Source: Candidatus Bathyarchaeia archaeon
Lineage (GTDB): Archaea > Thermoproteota > Bathyarchaeia > Bathyarchaeales > Bathycorpusculaceae
Direction of reading: 5' to 3'
DNA: 11,720 nucleotides
NCBI GenBank assembly: GCA_038883655.1
Contig: JAVZLQ010000008.1
Coordinates: 1-11,720 of the forward strand
Positions 1-6,384 of the stretch are shown here, one piece after another. The first letter of the stretch is position 1; every line of letters begins with the position of its first letter. Both the position numbers and the translations under genes were made by a program. The notes under the pieces are model-generated. The model had not been told where the DNA came from, searched no databases, and was given only the letters and a program-made list of their open reading frames with translations.

Positions 1-52
1 AAATATGCAAAAACGGGCCACCAGCAGTGCAATTGATGAAACAGGGAATCAT
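1..52 (-). CDS. 5' end of a gene running off the window; possibly a molybdopterin oxidoreductase of the pyrogallol hydroxytransferase large-subunit type
   Basis: Minus-strand ATG at 52-50 preceded by strong SD GGAGGAG (61-67). Reads MIPCFINCTAGGP..., which resembles my recollection of the transhydroxylase N-terminus (TNSSTGGPVFVYVKDG). Only 17 codons are visible. Confidence 0.45.
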   Translation of the reverse strand, partial: MIPCFINCTAGGPFLHI

Positions 53-109
53 CGTTAAGACTCCTCCAAAAACAGTCTCAAGCTCATGCGCCTTTTTCAC
101 AAACCCTAT

Positions 110-130
110 TTTTTAAATTTTGTTATAAAA
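110..130 (-). promoter_or_regulatory. Candidate TATA box(es) for the leftward gene
   Basis: Minus strand reads TTTTATAACAAAATTTAAAAAA, about 60-78 nt upstream of the ATG at 52. Confidence 0.35.
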
Positions 131-170
131 AATTGCACGAGGTAATGCTTAGCTTATCCCAATAACTGCT

Positions 171-184
171 AAAAACTTTTAATG
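171..184 (+). promoter_or_regulatory. BRE/TATA promoter of the Rid gene
   Basis: AAAAACTTTTAATG about 40 nt upstream of GTG 222; SD GGAGG at 208-212. Confidence 0.5.
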
Positions 185-221
185 TCAAGGCCTTTAATCT
201 TTAATTCGGAGGAAAGCTAGG

Positions 222-686
222 GTGAAAGACTCCCGTATAAAAATTAAAGCAAGGGATGAAGTAAGGTATTATCCTGAGTATTGGGCTGGCAAGAAGTTGG
301 CTTATCCCCATGTACCTCCACAGCATCCTAAATTTTCCAGATCAGTGGTCGTTGGCAACCTAATATTCATCTCTGGATGCCAAGGCCAGAATGATGAGAC
401 TCTAGAAATACCTTCAACATTTGAAGAACAAATGATCAACGCGCTTGACAAGGTAAGAAAAGCCATGGAGGAGGTGGGCAGTTCTATGAACAACATTGTC
501 AAAACTTTGATACTTCTTAAGAATTTGGAGGATTACCCTCGCATGCGAAAAACAGAACTAGAATATTACCAAAAATACGCTCCTTTCCTAGTTGAGAACC
601 CACCGGCAAGCACGGTGGCGGTTGTAGCAAGTTTAGCAAGGCCAGAGTTTCTCATAGAAATAGATGCTATTGGATACATCCCTTGA
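222..686 (+). CDS. RidA/YjgF/YER057c/UK114 family protein, Arg-less (Rid4-7-like) type
   Basis: Motifs FSRSVVVGNLIFISGC, EEQMINAL, NIVKTLILL, PASTVAVVASL, LIEIDAIG; GTG start with SD GGAGG. Confidence 0.9.
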   Translation: MKDSRIKIKARDEVRYYPEYWAGKKLAYPHVPPQHPKFSRSVVVGNLIFISGCQGQNDETLEIPSTFEEQMINALDKVRKAMEEVGSSMNNIVKTLILLKNLEDYPRMRKTELEYYQKYAPFLVENPPASTVAVVASLARPEFLIEIDAIGYIP

Positions 687-854
687 CCAACTCTGCTTAA
701 TATCTGGAAGAAAACTGTCAGAGATAACTAAATAGAAATATTACTCCGCGAAGCTATACTACTCCGAACCTCTAGGGTATTCCATCACAAACAGAGAAAA
801 ACGATTTTGACGGGGAGGAATTTACGTTTACTTGAAGCGACAAGCACCTAGCGC

Positions 855-873
855 CTCAAAAACAAAAATTGAG
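855..873 (-). terminator. T-rich putative terminator downstream of the cyclase gene
   Basis: Minus strand CTCAATTTTTGTTTTTGAG: oligo-T tracts inside a 5-bp CTCAA/TTGAG inverted repeat, about 30 nt after the stop at 902. Confidence 0.4.
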
Positions 874-901
874 AATGTTGCTGAATCGGTTGTTTGGGTT
901 G

Positions 902-1786
902 CTATCTTTTTTCGACGATTGCTATTAGCCTTACTATTGATCCGTCTCCGCCTACCCACCTTAATGGTAGGCCTATGATTGTGCATCTTTTGCCTGTGAC
1001 TTTGTCTATGTCGCCTCCAACGTTTTCATAGCCCATTATGCCATGCGTCAGTAAAAGCCTGTGGCATGGCTCCCAATATGGGAAGTCCTCAGTTACATCT
1101 CTTCCCGTCTCCTTTTTATATTCGTCTGCAAGCCATGGTAAAACACGGTTTCGCTCGTCACCTCCAGGCTGACACCACACCTCCCTAGTTGCAAGAGGAT
1201 GATCAAGCGCCTGTGTGTCTGTGCCCACAGCCTTGACCTGTTTTTTCACGAACCATTCTCCTGCCTCTTTGTAGAAGCCTGGTGCATAACAGAAGTATTT
1301 GACGGTGTCGCCCCAATAACGGTGCCAGCCAGTGTTAACTATTACTATGTCACCCTTTTCTATCGGCGGATCAGCTTTTTCAAGATCTTCAGGAGTGATT
1401 ATTTCCCATTTGCCCTTTGGTATGGACACGACGACGCCTTTTCCCATGTACCTTTCTATTGGTATTTGCTCAGTGGATGGGAAGCCTTCTTCAACATGTA
1501 TTGGAGAGTCAGCATGGGTGGAGACATGCATCGTATGTGTAAGCACTTGCGATAACACACGGGACTTTGCATGATAATGCATCCTTTCAATTTTAATATC
1601 CTCGAAGTATGGCCAAAGCGGTACACCTGGTCCAAACGGCTGCGATAGATCGTATACTTCAACTTCCTTGCCCAATATTTCGACGCTGACCTTTTTTAGA
1701 ACATCTTCTGGTTTGCCAATGTATTTTGGATCTAGCATGCCATGCAGGTATTTAGAATCAACTTCAAACTTTTTCATCTTAACCAC
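902..1786 (-). CDS. Cyclase family metal-dependent hydrolase (kynurenine formamidase-like)
   Basis: DLSQPF, HVSTHADSPIH (HxGTHxDxPxH motif), GDIVIVNTGW, VGTDTQALDH, H..LL..GI..YEN, GGDGSIVR. SD AGGTGA upstream of GTG 1786; alternative ATG at 1777. Confidence 0.92.
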   Translation of the reverse strand: MVKMKKFEVDSKYLHGMLDPKYIGKPEDVLKKVSVEILGKEVEVYDLSQPFGPGVPLWPYFEDIKIERMHYHAKSRVLSQVLTHTMHVSTHADSPIHVEEGFPSTEQIPIERYMGKGVVVSIPKGKWEIITPEDLEKADPPIEKGDIVIVNTGWHRYWGDTVKYFCYAPGFYKEAGEWFVKKQVKAVGTDTQALDHPLATREVWCQPGGDERNRVLPWLADEYKKETGRDVTEDFPYWEPCHRLLLTHGIMGYENVGGDIDKVTGKRCTIIGLPLRWVGGDGSIVRLIAIVEKR

Positions 1787-1816
1787 CGTTCACCTTGAAA
1801 GATTTCCATCGCCTAC

Positions 1817-1828
1817 AAAATAAGTTTT
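1817..1828 (-). promoter_or_regulatory. BRE/TATA-like promoter of the cyclase gene
   Basis: Minus strand AAAACTTATTTT, 31-42 nt upstream of the start. The same AAACTTATT core occurs upstream of the DUF4438 gene. Confidence 0.45.
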
Positions 1829-2024
1829 GCTATCAACAAGAACCTTTTGATGCGTTAACATTTATTACGTTGTTGGATCCACATTGATGTTTAATGCAAG
1901 TTTTTCATGGTGTTTAGGCTCATCTAGTTTCTAGTTACAAGATTTTCTATGCAGGCGCAGCACACATGCACTGTGACGATTTGTCTCTTCCTTCTCCAAT
2001 GTTGTTTGCATAGGAGCGGTACAG

Positions 2025-2032
2025 TTTTATAT
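2025..2032 (+). promoter_or_regulatory. TATA box of the HTH regulator gene
   Basis: TTTTATAT. It lies too close to ATG 2038 for that codon to be transcribed, which supports the start at 2083. Confidence 0.5.
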
Positions 2033-2082
2033 TTGGCATGTTTATGGGTGAAGATGGCGGACTGAAAGGGAAAGGCGTTTAC

Positions 2083-2850
2083 ATGTCTGTGTCCCCTAAC
2101 GTTCGCGAGGTTCTCGCAAGGCGAATCGCTGGCGAGATCATCCTCTCCAATAAGCCGGGCGCCGCCATGCGGAAGTGGCGGGAGCTTTTCGGTGTTTCGC
2201 AGACCACACTTTCTGATAAGATGATGCTTTCGCCTTCTGTTATAAGTGATTATGAAAGTGGACGGCGGAAAAGCCCAGGTACAAAGTTTGTGCGACGTTT
2301 TGTTTGGGCTTTATTGCAGATTGACGAGGAGAGGGGAAGCCGTTTCATTCGCGAATTCGCCAAGCTTACAAGTTCGCCAAGCATGGCAGTTGTGGACTTG
2401 CGGGAGTTCCCAATTTCAGTGCGGGTTGAATATTTGTGCAAAGCCATTAAGGGCGAAATTGTGGCTTGCTCTAACCTAAAAGTTAAGGAGATCTTGGGCT
2501 ACACTATTGTGGACAGCCGTAAAACCATAGAAACACTTTCTGGCTTTGAGTACGCCCAGTTGTTTGGCGCTACAACTGAACGGGCGCTTATTTTTACAAA
2601 TATTAGTAACGAAAATTCACCTATGATGCTTGTGCGCATGAGCAGCCTAAAACCGCGAGTTGTCGTCTTCCATGGCATGAGACCGGACGATTACTCGATT
2701 AGATTGGCAGAGTACGATCATATACCCTTAATTTATTCGGCACTGCCGACTGTTGAGCAGCTTGTGAAGTCGCTGCGGAAACTGTACCGTATAGCATTAC
2801 GAATAAAGCTTGGCAAGGCAGTCCGCCCGCCCCCAAAGGTAAGCACGTAA
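2083..2850 (+). CDS. Archaeal XRE-family HTH transcriptional regulator (COG1709-type)
   Basis: IAGEIILS..PGAAMRKWRELFGVSQ...SPSVISDYESGRRKSPG; C-terminal GYTIVDS, TTERALIFTN, SPMM, LKPRVVVFHG. Start moved from 2038 to ATG 2083. Confidence 0.88.
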   Translation: MSVSPNVREVLARRIAGEIILSNKPGAAMRKWRELFGVSQTTLSDKMMLSPSVISDYESGRRKSPGTKFVRRFVWALLQIDEERGSRFIREFAKLTSSPSMAVVDLREFPISVRVEYLCKAIKGEIVACSNLKVKEILGYTIVDSRKTIETLSGFEYAQLFGATTERALIFTNISNENSPMMLVRMSSLKPRVVVFHGMRPDDYSIRLAEYDHIPLIYSALPTVEQLVKSLRKLYRIALRIKLGKAVRPPPKVST

Positions 2851-2879
2851 ATTAAGGTAAATGGAAGGCTGATTTAGCC

Positions 2880-3794
2880 TTGATTAAAGTGGGATGTTGC
2901 GGGTTTCCAACTTCGATGAAGCGTTACTTCGAAAACTATAGTCTCGTCGAATTGAACAGCACCTTCTATGAGTATCCGAAGCTGGAAACTGTTCATGGAT
3001 GGCGAGAAAAAGCCCCGGAAAACTTTGAGTTCACGGTTAAAGCTCATCGAGACATAAGCCACAAAGCCAAAATGCGGCTTGATGAAACAAGCAGACAAGC
3101 CTTCGAAACCATGAAACAAATATGCAAAACATTAAACGCAAAAATACTGCTGGTACAGACACCCGGCTCATTCAATCCAGACAAACTCAACGAAGCTGAA
3201 AAATTCTTCGAAAACATAAACCGAGAAGACTTAACCATTGTCTGGGAAACTCGCGGGCAAGAGTGGGAAAAGCCAGAAATCATGAAGAGACTTAGCCAAG
3301 TCCTAAGCCGCCTAAACGTGGTGCACGTAACTGACCCCTTCCGAATTCTGCCAGCCTACACAAGCCAAACCGTTTATTTCCGACTGCATGGTTTAGGCAA
3401 GGAACTCTACTATTACCAGTACACGGATGAGGAACTGCTGTGGCTTGGCGAAACAGTCAAGAAGTTTGAGGCGGAAGACAAAACTGTTTATGTGCTCTTT
3501 AATAACCTCTCCATGTTCGAGGATGGCCTACGCTTCATGCAATACCTTTCAGCTGGAACATTCCCAAAAATAACGGGTTCTGTGGGGCTGGAATCCGTGA
3601 AAAATGTAATAGAGAAGATGCGTTATCCAGCGGCCAAAAGCATGCTTGTCAAGAAAGTTGGCTGGAGGCTTGTGGAAATGGAGGAAGGCAAACAGGTTAG
3701 GCTTGAGGAGTTGCTGGCAGAACTGCCATCGAAAACCTATAAAAGCGCAGACGAAGTTCTAAAAGAGTTAAGGGCTGCCAAAAAGTTGGACTAA
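2880..3794 (+). CDS. DUF72 (YecE-like TIM barrel) protein with a C-terminal DUF2795/DUF5789-like domain
   Basis: IKVGCCGF, VELNSTFY, FEFTVKA, LVQTPGSF, WETRG, YFRLHG, YVLFNN; then about 75 extra aa (YPAAK..L...L..LPSKTYKSADEV). TTG start. Confidence 0.9.
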   Translation: MIKVGCCGFPTSMKRYFENYSLVELNSTFYEYPKLETVHGWREKAPENFEFTVKAHRDISHKAKMRLDETSRQAFETMKQICKTLNAKILLVQTPGSFNPDKLNEAEKFFENINREDLTIVWETRGQEWEKPEIMKRLSQVLSRLNVVHVTDPFRILPAYTSQTVYFRLHGLGKELYYYQYTDEELLWLGETVKKFEAEDKTVYVLFNNLSMFEDGLRFMQYLSAGTFPKITGSVGLESVKNVIEKMRYPAAKSMLVKKVGWRLVEMEEGKQVRLEELLAELPSKTYKSADEVLKELRAAKKLD

Positions 3795-3797
3795 GTG

Positions 3798-4397
3798 CTA
3801 AGCCAAGCATAACTCGTGAATTTTACCCTTCAACAGCCTAAAGTCTTCGATAAGCAGTTGCTTATACTTGGCGCTGTAAAGCCCCGCAGCCGGATGCAAA
3901 GTTGGAAAAACCACAACAGCCAAACCTAAAACGTTTGCTCGGTGAAATTTTCCTCTGGCTTCCGTTATGCCCTTAAAGGGCAACCCAGCCTTAGAGAAAA
4001 TGTAAGCCGTCGAATAATTTCCAAGCGTGACAATCAGTTTTGGCTGGATAGCTTCTATCTGCCTATCCAAAAAGGGCGTGCAAGCCTCAATTTCGGCAGA
4101 AGATGGTTCACGGTCCCTCGGTGGACGACACTTCAAAACATTCCCAATGAAGACTTGACTACGTAGTAGACCAGCCTCAGCCAGCAACACGTCCAAAAAT
4201 TTCCCGGCAGCTCCAACAAAAGGCCTGCCCTTAACATCTTCCCAGAAACCCGGCGCCTCACCCACGAACATAACCTTGGCATTCGAATTTCCCTCACCGG
4301 GAACAGCGTTTTTACGGTTTCTCCAAAGACTACACTTTTTACAGGCTTTAACCTCCGAAGCAACAGCCTCTAAAAAAGCCTCCCTTGAAGAGCTCAT
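3798..4397 (-). CDS. udg: Family 4 uracil-DNA glycosylase (4Fe-4S)
   Basis: CKKC, VPGEG, FVGEAPG, GRPFVGAAG, NVLKCRPP, EIEAC, IVTLGN, HPAA; four cluster cysteines present. Confidence 0.95.
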   Translation of the reverse strand: MSSSREAFLEAVASEVKACKKCSLWRNRKNAVPGEGNSNAKVMFVGEAPGFWEDVKGRPFVGAAGKFLDVLLAEAGLLRSQVFIGNVLKCRPPRDREPSSAEIEACTPFLDRQIEAIQPKLIVTLGNYSTAYIFSKAGLPFKGITEARGKFHRANVLGLAVVVFPTLHPAAGLYSAKYKQLLIEDFRLLKGKIHELCLA

Positions 4398-4483
4398 ACT
4401 TTTCAGCCAGTTTTAGCGGTATATTGAAGCCGCTTATTAGAATTTTGAAAATGGAAAGAGAAATCGTCGATTACAGAGAAAAA

Positions 4484-5130
4484 TCAAAATGTAAAGCTAT
4501 TCAGTTTGGCTAAAGCTCTATTTAATGTCGCTTGGACGACGTCATCTACGTGGATTTCGCCTTCACTGGGCGGTTCAAAAACATATCCTATTCTTAGGAC
4601 TGTTACTGGCAACCCATATTCGATGAAATATAGGAGGCATAGCCGCTCTGTTGCAAGTTTCATTATTGCGTATGCTGGTCCGGGGCTCCGTTGAAAAGCT
4701 CTAGTTTTACAGCGCTTTCTTCATCTACAACTTCAGCGTTTCCATCTCCATAAACTGCAGTGCTACTTGCAAACAAGAAGTGTTTAACACCTTCCGACTT
4801 CGCCTCCTCTAGGAGGTTTAGGGTTCCCTTAATGTTGACATCGAATAAGTCTGCTAAGGGAACTCTATGTTTCCACGTAGCTCCGTCCCAATTCAAAGCT
4901 AAATGATAAACTACATCCACACCTTTAACAGCTTGCCTCACAATATTTCTGTTAACCGTACCACCACGTAAATCATTGCTTCCAACACCGAAAAACTTCA
5001 GCCTATCCTTGCAATCCACTAGTTCTCCGTATCGAATGTCAAGAACTCTGACAACCCAACCATTATTCAGCAAGGCACGTACAAGCCTAGACCCAATAAA
5101 ACCTCCTCCACCGGCAACAAGCGCCTTCAT
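4484..5130 (-). pseudogene. NAD-dependent epimerase/dehydratase (extended SDR), frameshifted and 3'-truncated
   Basis: Frame 1 (5130-4663): ALVAGGGGFIG, VYHLA, NIKGTLNLL, FASSTAVYG. The catalytic YAIMK (Tyr codon 4672-4670), GLPVTVLR and IHVDDVVQA are in the -1 frame, which ends at TGA 4486-4484. Confidence 0.85.
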
Positions 5131-5409
5131 TACATTTCCCACTCTCATTTTTTCAGCAACGAAAATATTATTTTCACTATCCAGCTGCTTGCCGACATGA
5201 TATCAACACTTTAGCACAACCATCTTCGACAGCCAAAATCTAGAGAATGGTATCAATTTTGCAGTTTGCTACGCAACAAAATTAATGTTTAAAGCGCTGC
5301 GCATATGAAGCCCTTTTCGCAGCGATTAACACCAGCGGAGGCGACTCTGAAGTTCAACCTTAACTGAAGCTACGTTAATCAAGGTTACACCAATAAGCAG
5401 ACATTGTAA

Positions 5410-5419
5410 TTTTTAAATA
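5410..5419 (+). promoter_or_regulatory. TATA box of the phosphatidyltransferase gene (probably a leaderless mRNA)
   Basis: TTTTTAAATA ending 27 nt before ATG 5446; no clear SD. Confidence 0.55.
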
Positions 5420-5445
5420 AGGATTGATACAAAAAGCGGAACAAG

Positions 5446-6048
5446 ATGCTGACAAAACTTAAGGCGAAAGTGCAGTCAGCCATAAAAGCCCAAGCGGAAG
5501 CCGCCAACAAAATAGGGTTAACGCCAAACGCTATAAGCACACTTGGCATAATTTTTGCATTCCTATCTGCACTGGCATATGCGAGCGGACGGCAAAACCT
5601 CTCTTTGGCTGTTGTCCTACTGTTGCTTTCAGGATACTGCGACATGCTAGACGGTGCCCTGGCAAGGCTATGCCAAAAAACCACACTCTTCGGCGGCTTC
5701 CTAGACTCGCTGTTGGACAGATATGCAGACGCTTCCATTTACGCTGGCATAATGCTCAGCGGACTATGCACGCTCCACTGGGGACTGACGGCGCTTGTGG
5801 GCTCATTGCTTGTAAGCTATGCTCGCGCCAGAGCCGAATCCGCCGACGTAAAAATGGAGGGCGTGGGCTTAGTTGAACGAGCCGAACGCTTGATAATAAT
5901 CGCAACGGCAAGTCTGATTGAAATTTTCTGGAAGGGTTTCTTAGAAGCCGGCGTAGCAGTGTTGGCTGTACTCACAAACCTAACAGTGATCCAAAGGGGC
6001 TATCACGCCTATAAAGCCTTAAAGAAAAGGGAGAAAAACGAATCCTAA
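5446..6048 (+). CDS. CDP-alcohol phosphatidyltransferase, probably archaetidylinositol-phosphate synthase type
   Basis: TPNAIS, DMLDGALAR, GGFLDSLLDRYAD, LVSYARARAES, GLVERAER; several hydrophobic helices. Substrate is inferred. Confidence 0.92.
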   Translation: MLTKLKAKVQSAIKAQAEAANKIGLTPNAISTLGIIFAFLSALAYASGRQNLSLAVVLLLLSGYCDMLDGALARLCQKTTLFGGFLDSLLDRYADASIYAGIMLSGLCTLHWGLTALVGSLLVSYARARAESADVKMEGVGLVERAERLIIIATASLIEIFWKGFLEAGVAVLAVLTNLTVIQRGYHAYKALKKREKNES

Positions 6049-6335
6049 AACCTTCTGCTCATTCGAAGTTTACGTTCCTCTCTAGCGCGAACCTTCACAA
6101 TACCATAATGCACAGCACAGGAAACACAATAATACTTAGTGTCCACTGGCGCAGAAATATAGGCGCCTTTCTGGCGGAGTTCCCTAGCCAAAGCGGGATC
6201 CACCAAAGAAAGCCGACGTGTAACCTTTTTCGCCTTGTCTCTAGGCACAAGCTCACCACAGTTTGCGCACTGTACGAAACCACTTCTGCCCTTTGCACCC
6301 TTCGACCTTCCACGGCTCTTCCGCTTGTACGGCAT
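6045..6335 (-). CDS. rps26e: 30S ribosomal protein S26e (eS26)
   Basis: MPYKRKSRGR..., VQCANCGELVPRDKAKK, YCVSCAVHYGIVKVR. Start at ATG 6335 rather than GTG 6350. Confidence 0.97.
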   Translation of the reverse strand: MPYKRKSRGRSKGAKGRSGFVQCANCGELVPRDKAKKVTRRLSLVDPALARELRQKGAYISAPVDTKYYCVSCAVHYGIVKVRAREERKLRMSRRF

Positions 6336-6384
6336 AACCAAACATCCCACAGTAGTCTTCTAGCAATGAAAGTACTGTTCTTGC

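Noticed and set aside
1199-1662. ORFs 1199-1555, 1332-1574 and 1456-1662
   Set aside because: Shadow frames within the cyclase gene; no recognisable motifs.
1947-2013. Inverted repeat CTATGCA/TGCATAG and short minus-strand ORFs in the cyclase-regulator gap
   Set aside because: A 7-bp match over a 53-nt spacer is compatible with chance; the 26-30 aa ORFs have no recognisable features.
2038-2082. N-terminal extension of the HTH regulator in the ORF track
   Set aside because: ATG 2038 is only 5 nt after the TATA box; family similarity begins after Met 2083.
4506-4694. 62-aa plus-strand ORF
   Set aside because: It is the antisense mirror of the frameshifted epimerase C-terminal half.
4672-4720. 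Programmed -1 ribosomal frameshift in the epimerase
   Set aside because: No X XXY YYZ slippery heptamer in the frame-overlap zone, and the downstream frame also looks truncated.
5303-5368. C/D box sRNA (two CTGA motifs)
   Set aside because: No convincing RTGATGA C box at the required spacing.
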